Below, piece by piece: positions 50,850 through 60,619 of a stretch of DNA of 64,000 bases; the first letter of the stretch is position 1, and every line of letters starts with the position of its first letter. Where the stretch lies: assembly GCA_944391685.1 (NCBI GenBank), contig CALXUM010000007.1, positions 14,989-78,988 on the forward strand. Reading direction: 5' to 3'. Under the pieces are notes generated by a model. That model searched no databases and was not told the origin of the DNA. It saw only the letters and a program-made list of their open reading frames with translations. The position numbers and the translations under genes were made by a program. Source of the DNA: an uncultured Alphaproteobacteria bacterium (lineage in GTDB: Bacteria > Pseudomonadota > Alphaproteobacteria > RF32 > CAG-239).

Positions 50850-52535
50850 TTAAGCGTTCTTTTTCAAAGCTTCACCTAAAGCATCACCGAGAGCAGAGTT
50901 ACTGTTTTCGGCTGCAGGAGAATATTCCTCCAAAGCTTTCTTTTCTTCTTCAATTTCCAAAGCTTTAACTGACAAACCAAGTTTGTTGTTTTTCTTATCA
51001 ACAGAAGTAACCTTAGCTTCTAAGACATCTCCTTCTTTATAATTTTCAGGATTTTGTCCGGCTTTATCTTTTGACAAGTCAGCTTTTTTAATGGAAGCAG
51101 CAATACCATTTACTTCAACGTTAACAGCTTTGTCTTCGATTCCGGTAACAACAGCCTTAACCACGTCACCTTTCTTCAAAGCTTCCAAAGCAGCACCTGT
51201 TGTGTTTTCGGTTAATTGTTTGATACCTAAGCTGATGCGTTCTTTTTCAACATCAACATCAATAATCTTAGCTTGGATATCTTGTCCTTTGGTATAGTCT
51301 TTAACGGCTTCTTCACCGGCTTTATCCCAAGAGATATCAGACAAGTGAATCATACCGTCAATTTCATCGGACAAACCGATAAACAAACCAAACTCGGTAA
51401 TGTTTTTGATTTTACCTTCAATAACAGATCCGAGCGGATGCTCCTCAATATAAGCAGCCCACGGATTTGGAGTGCATTGTTTAATTCCAAGGCTGATACG
51501 ACGTTTGTCAGCATCAACTTCCAGAACTTTAACTTCAACTTCTTGTGAAGTAGAAACGATTTTACCCGGATGAACGTTTTTGCGGGTCCAGCTCATTTCA
51601 GAAACATGAACCAAACCTTCAATTCCGTCTTCTAACTCAACGAAAGCACCATAATCGGTAATATTTGTTACTTTACCGGTATAAATTTCGCCTACTTTAT
51701 ATTTATCGGCAACATTTTGCCATGGGTCATCTTCAAGTTGTTTCATGCCCAAAGAAATTCTTTGGTTATCTTCATTGAATTTAATAACTTGAACTTTAAC
51801 GGTTTGACCAACAGACAAAACTTCAGCCGGATGATTAATACGTTTCCAAGAAATATCGGTAACGTGTAACAAACCGTCAACACCACCCAAGTCAATAAAT
51901 GCACCATAATCGGTAATATTTTTAACCACACCTTCAAGGATAGAACCTTCTTTCAAGGTGTCAATCAATTCAGCACGAGCCTCAGCACGAGTTTCTTCCA
52001 GAACTACACGGCGAGAAACAACAATATTGCCTCTAACTTTATCCATTTTCAAAATTTGGAATGGTTGAGTAATCCCCATTAACGGAGTAATATCACGGAT
52101 CGGGCGAATATCAATCTGAGAACCGGGTAAGAAAGCAATTGCACCGTTAAGGTCAACGGTAAATCCACCTTTAACCCGGCCAAAGATAACACCGTTAACT
52201 CTTTCGCCTGAATTGAGGCATTTTTCCAAATCTTGCCAAGCTTCTTCACGACGAGCTTTTTCGCGAGATAAAACAATGTTTCCATCTTTGTCTTCATAAC
52301 GGTCAACATAAACTTCAACCACATCTCCGACTTTGAGTTCAGGCTTTTGACCAAATTCGCGCAAAGGAATACGCCCTTCAGATTTTAGGCCAACATCAAC
52401 AATTGCAAAGTCAGGGGTTAATTTGATAATTGTTCCTTTAACAACTGAGCCGGTAATACCATTATCACCAAACTGTTCATTTAACAGGGCTTCAAAATTT
52501 TCAGTCATTTCAGGGATTTGAATTTCACTAGTCAT
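50850..52535 (-). CDS. rpsA: 30S ribosomal protein S1
   Basis: Six S1 domains. The start is probably MTSEIQIPEMTENFEALL, either Met43 or Met52 of the ORF-track product. The upstream 42 codons are an artefact. Confidence 0.9.
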   Translation of the reverse strand: MTSEIQIPEMTENFEALLNEQFGDNGITGSVVKGTIIKLTPDFAIVDVGLKSEGRIPLREFGQKPELKVGDVVEVYVDRYEDKDGNIVLSREKARREEAWQDLEKCLNSGERVNGVIFGRVKGGFTVDLNGAIAFLPGSQIDIRPIRDITPLMGITQPFQILKMDKVRGNIVVSRRVVLEETRAEARAELIDTLKEGSILEGVVKNITDYGAFIDLGGVDGLLHVTDISWKRINHPAEVLSVGQTVKVQVIKFNEDNQRISLGMKQLEDDPWQNVADKYKVGEIYTGKVTNITDYGAFVELEDGIEGLVHVSEMSWTRKNVHPGKIVSTSQEVEVKVLEVDADKRRISLGIKQCTPNPWAAYIEEHPLGSVIEGKIKNITEFGLFIGLSDEIDGMIHLSDISWDKAGEEAVKDYTKGQDIQAKIIDVDVEKERISLGIKQLTENTTGAALEALKKGDVVKAVVTGIEDKAVNVEVNGIAASIKKADLSKDKAGQNPENYKEGDVLEAKVTSVDKKNNKLGLSVKALEIEEEKKALEEYSPAAENSNSALGDALGEALKKNA

Positions 52536-52687
52536 ATATAAAATCATATTCAAAATGCCGGCTCTAAAAAATAATTTAAGAGCGGACTTGTGCGAGATTA
52601 AACCAATAAAACCAATAGCTACATCGCACCATGTAGCTTTAGAGTGTTTCAATTTATACACGCAAATATTTATTTTTCAAGATTTTT

Positions 52688-53341
52688 TTATTTTGAATCA
52701 ATAATTTTACAAGCTTTTTGAAAAACTTCATCAATATTTAAGTCTGATGTATCAAAAATTATGGCATCATCAGCAGGTTTCATAGGTGCTGTAGCTCTTT
52801 TGCTGTCTCTTTCATCACGGATTCGCATGTCTTCTAAAACCGCCTCGAAAGTTGTTTGCATGCCTTTAGCCTCAAATTCCCTAAAACGCCGCATAGCTCT
52901 AACTTCTGGAGAAGCTGTAATAAAAAACTTAATATCAGCATTAGGACAAACCACCGTGCCGGTATCTCTACCATCATAAATAGCTCCTCTAGCAGAATTG
53001 CCATCAGCAAAGACAGGATTCTTAGCAAAGTCTTGTTGCATTTTTAATAAAGTTGCTCTGACTTTTGGATGAGCAGAAACAACAGATGCAGCTTGACCTC
53101 CTACATTACTTCTAAAATCAGGATTCTTAGACAATTTCATCATTTTAGGGAAAGTAAGCTTTGAAGCGTATTCTTCAGCAAGAGATTCATCATTTATGTT
53201 TTTATTATCCAAAACCATTTCTAAGCCAACAGCTCGATAAACCATTCCGGTATCAAAATATGCTAACTTGTATTTTTCAGCCAATTTTCCAGCCAGAGTC
53301 CCTTTTCCGGCAGCTGCCGGACCATCAATGGTTATAATCAT
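52688..53341 (-). CDS. cmk: Cytidylate kinase
   Basis: MIITIDGPAAAGKGT P-loop, and the classic cmk-rpsA adjacency. Confidence 0.88.
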   Translation of the reverse strand: MIITIDGPAAAGKGTLAGKLAEKYKLAYFDTGMVYRAVGLEMVLDNKNINDESLAEEYASKLTFPKMMKLSKNPDFRSNVGGQAASVVSAHPKVRATLLKMQQDFAKNPVFADGNSARGAIYDGRDTGTVVCPNADIKFFITASPEVRAMRRFREFEAKGMQTTFEAVLEDMRIRDERDSKRATAPMKPADDAIIFDTSDLNIDEVFQKACKIIDSK

Positions 53342-53474
53342 TTTTAAATCCAAGAAAATCTACGGTTGTAACAAAAATTTTACTTTATATCCTGTAAAAT
53401 AATCTATAAAATAAATATAAGAAAGCAAATTTGTATTTTATGCCAAAGATATTGTAAATATTATAAGGAAACAA

Positions 53475-53996
53475 ATGATAAAGAATTTCATAAATTTAGT
53501 AATTTTTATTTTTTCACTGTTTTATTTAGATAATTCCTTTGCGTTTGTTGCTCAAGAGGCAAAAGAAGCAATGTCTTTTAATAATATTTACCGAGGCACT
53601 TCTTCGTCAGAAAATAAAGAATCTACAAATGAGTCGGATAAAGAATTATTCTATGACGATTCCATAAATTATGAAGAAATAGGAAACAAACTCTTAAATA
53701 AAAAACAACAAAAACTATACATAAATTTATTTAAAACAACGACTAAAAATATAAAAATGTCTAAGGGTTATAGTTTTTTCGTTGTCCTTCCCGAAGAACA
53801 AGGGTGCTTTTGGAACATTGATAATGATGAAAAAATTATTATAGCTAAAAGCAGCACAAAAGAAACAAATAAAAGAATAATAGAATTTACATCTGTCGGT
53901 TACGGAGTATCAAAAATCTTTTTAGATAATATTTGTAAACAATATAACAACCAAAAGGTTATTCAAAGTCGTATTATCAGAGTTAAGGTCAACTAA
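53475..53996 (+). CDS. Hypothetical secreted protein
   Basis: Signal peptide MIKNFINLVIFIFSLFYLDNSFA. Confidence 0.35.
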   Translation: MIKNFINLVIFIFSLFYLDNSFAFVAQEAKEAMSFNNIYRGTSSSENKESTNESDKELFYDDSINYEEIGNKLLNKKQQKLYINLFKTTTKNIKMSKGYSFFVVLPEEQGCFWNIDNDEKIIIAKSSTKETNKRIIEFTSVGYGVSKIFLDNICKQYNNQKVIQSRIIRVKVN

Positions 53997-54751
53997 TGAG
54001 TAATAATTCCAAAAAAAAGATTAGGTTATTTGTAAAACAACATCTTAGTAATGGGAACAAAATTATTCTTTCGGAGAATTCATCACATTATTTATGTAAT
54101 GTAATGAGGTTGCAAACAGGAGAAATAATTAGTTGTTTTAATAATCAAGATGGTGAATTTGATTGTATAATTGATATAGTTCATAAAAAACAAACTCAAA
54201 TCACGGTAACTAAACAAACTAAGATTAAGCAATCACAGGCAGATATTTGGCTTCTTTTTGCTCCGGTTAAAAAAGAACAAACAGACTTTATAATTGAAAA
54301 ATCAACAGAATTAGGTATTTCAAATATAATTCCTGTTATTACGGATAGGACCATAAATACAAATGTTCGTGTTGACCGTTTTGAAGCTCAGGCCGTAGAA
54401 GCATCGGAACAATGTGGCAGAATAAATGTTCCTCAGATATCTCAGGCAATAAAATTAGCAGATATTATTAAAAATTGGGATAATAATAGGGTGTTGTTTT
54501 TTATGGATGAAAAAGGTTTGGGAACACCTTGCGTGGCAAGCTTTTCGGCTTTTAAAAATAATCCGGCAGCAGTTTTAATCGGGCCGGAAGGAGGATTCTC
54601 GGATAAGGAAGCTTCCGAGCTTAGAAACAAAACATTTGTTAAGCCAGTTTCTTTAGGGCCAAGAATTTTAAGGGCAGAAACGGCAGTTGTATCAGCAATA
54701 TCAGTTTGGCAAGCTATTGCTGGTGATTGGAACGAAAAGATAGGAGATTAA
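53996..54751 (+). CDS. rsmE: 16S rRNA (uracil1498-N3)-methyltransferase
   Basis: RsmE pattern (...LFAPVKK...IGPEGGFSDKE) and a length of 251 aa. Confidence 0.75.
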   Translation: MSNNSKKKIRLFVKQHLSNGNKIILSENSSHYLCNVMRLQTGEIISCFNNQDGEFDCIIDIVHKKQTQITVTKQTKIKQSQADIWLLFAPVKKEQTDFIIEKSTELGISNIIPVITDRTINTNVRVDRFEAQAVEASEQCGRINVPQISQAIKLADIIKNWDNNRVLFFMDEKGLGTPCVASFSAFKNNPAAVLIGPEGGFSDKEASELRNKTFVKPVSLGPRILRAETAVVSAISVWQAIAGDWNEKIGD

Positions 54752-54753
54752 TC

Positions 54754-55422
54754 ATGAAGTTTTTAATAGCTGACGACCATGAATTGTTTCTAAAAGGTCT
54801 TGAGATGATACTCAATGATTATAATCCAAACATAAAATTAATATCTGCAAAAGATTATTTAGAAGTCTTTTCTATTATTGAAAAAGAAAAAGATTTTAAT
54901 TTAATTCTTACGGATTTAGCAATGCCTGGAGCCAAATGGCTTGAAGCCATAAAAAAAATTCATGATGAATTACCGGAAACCCCAATAATAATATTATCAG
55001 CAGTTTTTGATCGAGAAATTGTTCAAAAAACCATAGAAATAGGTGCTGCCGGATACATTCCAAAGACATCTTCCAATGCAGTCATTTTAAGCGCCGTTAA
55101 TCTTGTGCTCTCAGGAGGGGTATATATTCCTCCTGAGCTGTTAAAAGATACCGAGCAAAACGAATTTGATTTGTTGAAACAGGTTGAGGGAATGCCGCCT
55201 TCACAAGATGTACAAGAAAAAATAAAAATTTTATCCCCTCGTCAAATAGATGTTTTAAGGCTAATATCAAAAGGAAAGTCAAACAAACAAATAGCTTATG
55301 AATTAGGCCTTACGGAAGGAACGGTTAAATTGCATGTTACCGCAATTCTTAAAATTCTAAACGTTTATAATCGTACAGGAGCGGTTATGGCCGCAACACA
55401 TTTGGGATTGATAGATGAATAA
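54754..55422 (+). CDS. NarL/FixJ-family response regulator (REC plus LuxR-type HTH)
   Basis: MKFLIADDHELF...LILTDLAMPG receiver domain and a C-terminal LSPRQIDVLRLISKGKSNKQIAYELGLTEGTVKLHVTAI. Confidence 0.8.
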   Translation: MKFLIADDHELFLKGLEMILNDYNPNIKLISAKDYLEVFSIIEKEKDFNLILTDLAMPGAKWLEAIKKIHDELPETPIIILSAVFDREIVQKTIEIGAAGYIPKTSSNAVILSAVNLVLSGGVYIPPELLKDTEQNEFDLLKQVEGMPPSQDVQEKIKILSPRQIDVLRLISKGKSNKQIAYELGLTEGTVKLHVTAILKILNVYNRTGAVMAATHLGLIDE

Positions 55423-55762
55423 CATAAACATTAAGCAAATTGAAAAATATAAAAAAGTTTTCGGTTTTTCCAAAATGAAAAAATTATGGCAAGAATTTCT
55501 AATTTCTTCAGAAGATAATTGGAAAAAAATTAATGATGCTAAAAATGAAGATTATAGGCAGTTTTTTCATAATTGGAAATCAAATAGTCAAGTTTTTGGC
55601 ATGAGTGATTTCTCTAAAATTTGCAGTCAAATAGAAGAAAATATTCTCTGTCATCGTTATTCTAAAATACCGAAGTTGATATCTTTAAGTAAAAAATGCT
55701 ATAATACCAGCATTAAAGAAGTCAAAATAATTTTTACTACATGGGAAAAAAATAATGAGTAA
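55415..55762 (+). CDS. Putative Hpt (histidine phosphotransfer) domain protein
   Basis: FFHNWKSNSQVFGMSDFSKICSQIEE resembles the Hpt helix motif H..KG...G. It overlaps the response-regulator stop by 8 nt. Confidence 0.35.
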   Translation: MNNINIKQIEKYKKVFGFSKMKKLWQEFLISSEDNWKKINDAKNEDYRQFFHNWKSNSQVFGMSDFSKICSQIEENILCHRYSKIPKLISLSKKCYNTSIKEVKIIFTTWEKNNE

Positions 55763-56522
55763 TGAAAATACATCATCAACAGAAAAAGAAAGTCTTCCGG
55801 CTTATAGTGATTTTTTATATGGAGACGTTTATAATAATCTTGAACGCAGTACGTTTATGGATACAAAACTTTCAGCTAATTTACGTACGTTTTTCCAATA
55901 TAATACCTTGGTGTCTTCTTTATTAAAAAACATTAAAAAGGATCAAAAGATTTTACAAATGGGACTGGTCTTTGGTAATGAAATGGATTTGGTTGCTCAA
56001 GCCATAGGTGCTTATGGACAATATGATATTATAGACATAAACCCATTACAAATATCTCGTAATCAGGAAAAATATGGAGATATTTATCCGGCCATGAAAA
56101 TTTTTAGGCAAGATGCGGCTACATTTAAAAGCACAATTAAATATGATGTGGTTATTTGTTTTATGCTTTTACAAGAATTACCTCCCGTAACCAAAGGCAA
56201 GGTTATTAATAATGCTCTTGAAGCGTTAAAAGATGGAGGCAGTGTGGTATTTATTGATTATCATCGACCTGTATTTTGGCATCCGCTGCGTTATTTTGTT
56301 CGCATGTATAATCGCCTAAAGCATCCGTTTGTTGAAAAATTATGGGATAAAGAAATAGACACATATGCCAAAAACAAAACAAAATATAGTTGGCTTAAAA
56401 GTGTGTTTTTTGGCGGAATGTTTCAAAAAGTTGTTGCCACCAAAAAAGGCAATCCTCTGGCTGAAATCATTGCAGCAGAAGAAACCCCAAAAGAAGAGGA
56501 TTTCTTCTTACCTGATTTTTAA
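55755..56522 (+). CDS. Class I methyltransferase-fold protein with degenerate glycine-rich motif I
   Basis: ILQMGLVFGNE sits in place of VLDxGxGxG. An acidic residue follows beta2 (IIDINP), and the DVVICFMLLQELP and GGSVVFIDY motifs are present. Confidence 0.45.
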   Translation: MSNENTSSTEKESLPAYSDFLYGDVYNNLERSTFMDTKLSANLRTFFQYNTLVSSLLKNIKKDQKILQMGLVFGNEMDLVAQAIGAYGQYDIIDINPLQISRNQEKYGDIYPAMKIFRQDAATFKSTIKYDVVICFMLLQELPPVTKGKVINNALEALKDGGSVVFIDYHRPVFWHPLRYFVRMYNRLKHPFVEKLWDKEIDTYAKNKTKYSWLKSVFFGGMFQKVVATKKGNPLAEIIAAEETPKEEDFFLPDF

Positions 56523-57485
56523 GATTTGTTCGGCAACGCTTTGAGCTGGTAATAATTTTTTCTTTGGTACAAAAGTCGGATTATTAAAAAAATCCTCCAA
56601 AGGTATTGCGTATTTCCCGTCATATAGGGATTTTACAAAACGCAAATGCTTTGGAGTTAACCAATCTTTTCCTTCAAAAATAAGAACCTGTTTTCCTGTT
56701 CCGCAAGCTTCGCTACACATTGAAACTGAATCACCGGTAACAATAATTCTCCCGGCACAAGCCAAAAAACCTAAGAAAGGATTTTCTTTTTGCTCTCCCC
56801 ACAAATAAGTATATACGGGAAAATCATCAAGCTCTTTCAAGATAACCTGCTCGGCTTCTTTCCCCGTTCTCCTAGATGAGGTAATTAAAATAGAGCCTCC
56901 TGTATTTTTTATAATTTGGGCAACATTTTCTCCTAAAGACTTTGCGTTTTCCAGAGAAAAAGATTTGCTTTTGATAGCTCCGCCGATAATTAAGGTTGTC
57001 AAAGGTTTCGGAAGTTTTGCAAATTCAGATTCCCATTTTTGTTTAGCTTCCGCCAAGCGTTTTTCCGTCATCCTGTGAGGACACCCTGTTATATAGAAAA
57101 AATTTCCGTTTGAACATTTGTTGCGATCATGTTCAGATACTATAACCAACTCAATGTCTTTTAAACCAGTTTTCCCTGGGTACATCAACTGTACAATTTT
57201 AGTCTTTTTATTTGATTTTTTCCGAATATTTCTAGCTATGGGTAAGGTTCGACGACTTATTGAGAGGACAATATCAGGAACTCCGTCATCAAGGGCAGAA
57301 CTTTTATTTTTATCAACGCCCAATAGAGATGTCCCTCTTAAAAAGTTTGGTAATTTTGCCCACTTGTTATAAACAATATTTTTTTCAACAAGGTTCATTT
57401 TGCCTTCTAAAGCTTGTAAAATACCTTTAGCTTGTCCGACACTGCCCATTCTGTCGTCCAATAAAGCCCAAAGAGTTTTTTTCAT
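56508..57485 (-). CDS. ELM1/DUF1022-family protein (glycosyltransferase-like fold)
   Basis: WALLDDRMGSVGQAKGILQAL N-terminus and a length of 325 aa. The family assignment is from memory. Confidence 0.4.
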   Translation of the reverse strand: MKKTLWALLDDRMGSVGQAKGILQALEGKMNLVEKNIVYNKWAKLPNFLRGTSLLGVDKNKSSALDDGVPDIVLSISRRTLPIARNIRKKSNKKTKIVQLMYPGKTGLKDIELVIVSEHDRNKCSNGNFFYITGCPHRMTEKRLAEAKQKWESEFAKLPKPLTTLIIGGAIKSKSFSLENAKSLGENVAQIIKNTGGSILITSSRRTGKEAEQVILKELDDFPVYTYLWGEQKENPFLGFLACAGRIIVTGDSVSMCSEACGTGKQVLIFEGKDWLTPKHLRFVKSLYDGKYAIPLEDFFNNPTFVPKKKLLPAQSVAEQILKIR

Positions 57486-57587
57486 GTTTGATAACTTTCA
57501 AAAATCCATAGTCAATCGATTCTAATGCCTGTAGTATATTATTTATCAAAATGAAAACAATAGGTTAATTTTTAAGCGAGGTAAAAG

Positions 57588-57890
57588 ATGCGTTTTTTTT
57601 CAGTGCTTTTTGTTTTATCAGTCTTTTGTGTCTTCCCGGCTAAGGCTCAATACGCAGCTCAAAATGATGCCAAATACATGGCAACGCTTAAAGCCGTTGT
57701 TAATTATAAAATCAATGATGAAGAAAATCTTAGTAATATAGAAAACTTAAGAGAAAACCGCCGTTTTAATCAACAATTACAACAAATGTTGAATAAACTG
57801 CAAAATACTCGCACTAAAAACTCTACTAATCGGCGAGTTTATGATATTTTGTTAAATGCTGGCAAACAAATATATAATGAGCTGGATTAA
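57588..57890 (+). CDS. Small secreted hypothetical protein
   Basis: Signal peptide MRFFSVLFVLSVFCVFPAKA. Confidence 0.35.
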   Translation: MRFFSVLFVLSVFCVFPAKAQYAAQNDAKYMATLKAVVNYKINDEENLSNIENLRENRRFNQQLQQMLNKLQNTRTKNSTNRRVYDILLNAGKQIYNELD

Positions 57891-57945
57891 TCATTGTTTA
57901 AGGAAAAAATGTTACTCTAAATCAAATAGCTTAAAGGAACAAACA

Positions 57946-58110
57946 ATGGAATATGATTTTGAAAAGGCTCGGGAAAGAATGATAGATCGTCGCCGGCAGA
58001 TTATCCTTCAAAAAGGATCATCTGTTGACGGTTTAAGCAAAATAGAACCTAAACAAGAAGATAAAAGCAATATCAAAACCAAAAAAGCCATTGTCCAGGA
58101 GATAAACTGA
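57946..58110 (+). CDS. Small hypothetical protein (54 aa from MEYDFEKA)
   Basis: The ORF-track version (57856) overlaps the upstream gene, so the internal Met was preferred. No homology is recognised. Confidence 0.2.
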   Translation: MEYDFEKARERMIDRRRQIILQKGSSVDGLSKIEPKQEDKSNIKTKKAIVQEIN

Positions 58111-58412
58111 TGAAAAAATACTTATTTATAATTTGTGTTTTTTTGGCATCGTGTAGCTCAAATCAAAGAGATATAGCCATCTGGGAAGAGCCTGATTATA
58201 ACCGTATTGCCGCAAATACTATAGTCATCAGCAAATCTCCTTTATATGTCACTTATGAATATAAAAATATAGGGGTTGAAGAAATAGCCCCCGTAGCTGC
58301 TTTGTATTGTCAGGAACGCGGTGGCAAACAAGCTGTTTTATATGAAATAACCATGCACCGCAACAATTCCAGAAGGGCAACGTTTGCTTGTCAAAAAGTT
58401 TCCGAATTTTGA
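58110..58412 (+). CDS. Small hypothetical lipoprotein
   Basis: Lipobox FLASCSS. Confidence 0.35.
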   Translation: MKKYLFIICVFLASCSSNQRDIAIWEEPDYNRIAANTIVISKSPLYVTYEYKNIGVEEIAPVAALYCQERGGKQAVLYEITMHRNNSRRATFACQKVSEF

Positions 58413-58487
58413 ACTGAAAAACTTGCAAAGGCAAAGCATGATTCCTATATAGCATTATAGGATAAAAGTTTTTAAAGAGTTGAGAAA

Positions 58488-59423
58488 ATGAGCAAAAATT
58501 TATATCATGTTTTAGGCGTAAATAAAGATGCCAGCGAGGCTGAAATAAAATCAGCTTATCGTAAGCTTGCCCGTAAATATCATCCTGATTTGAACAAAGA
58601 TAATAAGGATGCAGCTGAAAAGTTTAAAGAAGTTTCTTGTGCGTATGATATTCTGGGTGATAAAGAGAAGCGTAAAAAATACGATAATAATGAAATAGAT
58701 GCGGATGGCAAACCCACCGGCTTTGGTGCCGGTATGGGCGGTAATTACGGTACTTACAGCACTTATGAAGGCAATCCGTTCCAGAGTGGTGGCTTCAGCG
58801 GAGGCGGAGATTTTGATTTTTCTTCAATCTTTGGTAATGATATTTTTTCTCAATTCACCGGTAGCCGCGGAGGTTTCCAAGGAGGATTCGGCGGAGCAGC
58901 CAGACGCCCTCGCAAAGGAGAAGATATTGCCTATACCATGCGTATAGACTTTTTATCAGCCGCCAGAGGCGATGAAAAAACCGTTAACATTAACGGCAAA
59001 AATATTAATGTTAAGATACCTGCCGGCACAACAGATGGTCAAACCTTACGTCTTAAAGGTTTAGGCCAACCAAGTCCTAACGGTGGTATTGCCGGAGATG
59101 TTTTGATAACTCTAAATGTTGACAAACATCCTTATTTTTCAGCCGAAGGTTCAAATATTTTAATGGAGTTACCGATAACCGTTAAAGAGGCAATTTTAGG
59201 GGCTAAAGTAACGATTCCAACCATCACCGGTAAAGTTGCTGTAAATATTCCGCCTTATGCTTCCAGCGGTGAAAAATTACGCTTAAAAGGTAAAGGGATG
59301 AAAAACAAAACCACTGCAGGTGATCAAATAATTACCTTAAAAATTGTTGCACCCAAAAAGGCTGATGCTTCTTTGGAAAACGCATTGCGTAATATGCCGG
59401 ATGAAAGGGTAAGGAACTTTTAA
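58488..59423 (+). CDS. cbpA: DnaJ-class co-chaperone lacking zinc finger (CbpA-like)
   Basis: J domain (NLYHVLGV...YHPDLN), a G/F-rich region and two C-terminal beta-domains. No CxxCxGxG repeats. Confidence 0.75.
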   Translation: MSKNLYHVLGVNKDASEAEIKSAYRKLARKYHPDLNKDNKDAAEKFKEVSCAYDILGDKEKRKKYDNNEIDADGKPTGFGAGMGGNYGTYSTYEGNPFQSGGFSGGGDFDFSSIFGNDIFSQFTGSRGGFQGGFGGAARRPRKGEDIAYTMRIDFLSAARGDEKTVNINGKNINVKIPAGTTDGQTLRLKGLGQPSPNGGIAGDVLITLNVDKHPYFSAEGSNILMELPITVKEAILGAKVTIPTITGKVAVNIPPYASSGEKLRLKGKGMKNKTTAGDQIITLKIVAPKKADASLENALRNMPDERVRNF

Positions 59424-59986
59424 TGCTTTTGGACGTCCTTAGAAACTTTAGTTGGTATAATGAGCCGGCCAATGTTCGCTTCATTGAAGAAGGGATGTTA
59501 ATCGAAACCAAGCAAAACACCGATTTTTGGCAAAACAAAGCTCATAATCTTCACAAAGATGACGGCCACTTCTTTTATGTTCAAAAACATGGAGATTTTA
59601 ATTTAACAATCAAATGGCACCTGTATGCCCCTGTTTCTTCTGACCAGTGTGGAATTATGGTTAGGATTGATAACTTTAATTGGGCAAAAATAGGATTCTT
59701 AAGCACCAATTTGCGAGATCCTCAAATAGGCAGCGTAGTTACCAAAGCAGGAGATTCTGATTGGGCTTGTGTTGATTTATCGGAGATTCCTTCTGTAATT
59801 TCTTTTCGCATAATTAGAAGAGGTTCAAGTTTTGCGGCCTTCTATTCTTTAGATGAAAAAACTTTCAAGCAAATTCGCTTATTTTCTTTTTCTTTAATTC
59901 CGGCAGAAATAAAAATAGGAGCTTATGCTTGCTCCCCACAGGCTCACAATTTTGAATGTGTCTTGGAAGAAGTAAGCTTAAGCTAA
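59423..59986 (+). CDS. DUF1349-like (concanavalin-like beta-sandwich) protein
   Basis: WYNEP...DFW...GHFFYVQKHGDFNLT pattern. Start and stop codons overlap cbpA. Confidence 0.4.
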   Translation: MLLDVLRNFSWYNEPANVRFIEEGMLIETKQNTDFWQNKAHNLHKDDGHFFYVQKHGDFNLTIKWHLYAPVSSDQCGIMVRIDNFNWAKIGFLSTNLRDPQIGSVVTKAGDSDWACVDLSEIPSVISFRIIRRGSSFAAFYSLDEKTFKQIRLFSFSLIPAEIKIGAYACSPQAHNFECVLEEVSLS

Positions 59987-60619
59987 AGAGGCAATCTCAG
60001 CTCTCAATAAGTCAATCCCGATATTTTTTTCCGAGCTTGTAGCCAGGATTTTGGCATAAGCTGCCGCATGTTTATCAGCAACTTTTTGAGTATCTGAAAT
60101 AACTTTTTGCAAAGCCTTTTGGCTTATTTTATCCGCCTTGGTCAAAACAATTTGATATGTTACCGCTGCTTTATCAAGCATTTCCATAATCTCTGAGTCA
60201 ACTTTTTTTATTCCGTGTCTGGCATCAATCAAAAGGAACACCCTTTTTAGGTTAACTCTCCCCTGAAGATAAGCAAAAATCAACTTTTGCCATTGTTTAA
60301 CCAAATTTTCAGGGGCTTGGGCAAAACCATATCCCGGCAAATCCACCAAATGAATTTGCTCATTTAGGCAAAAATAATTGAGCTGCTGGGTTCTGCCCGG
60401 AGTGCTGGATGTCTTAGCCAAACTTTTTTTGTTGGTCAAAGCATTAATAAGGCTTGATTTTCCCACATTTGATCGACCTGCAAAAGCAACTTCCGGCATT
60501 TCGGTTAACGGTAGCTGCTCAAGCTTTGCCACCCCAATAACAAAATTACAACTTTTGCAAAACAGAGCATTGGCTTGGGTAATTTCTTCTTCAGAAAAAT
60601 CTCTGCCATCAAAAGTCAT
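59978..60619 (-). CDS. engB: Ribosome biogenesis GTP-binding protein EngB/YihA
   Basis: EVAFAGRSNVGKSSLINALT (G1 motif), DLPGYG (G3) and TKADK (G4). Confidence 0.88.
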   Translation of the reverse strand: MTFDGRDFSEEEITQANALFCKSCNFVIGVAKLEQLPLTEMPEVAFAGRSNVGKSSLINALTNKKSLAKTSSTPGRTQQLNYFCLNEQIHLVDLPGYGFAQAPENLVKQWQKLIFAYLQGRVNLKRVFLLIDARHGIKKVDSEIMEMLDKAAVTYQIVLTKADKISQKALQKVISDTQKVADKHAAAYAKILATSSEKNIGIDLLRAEIASLA

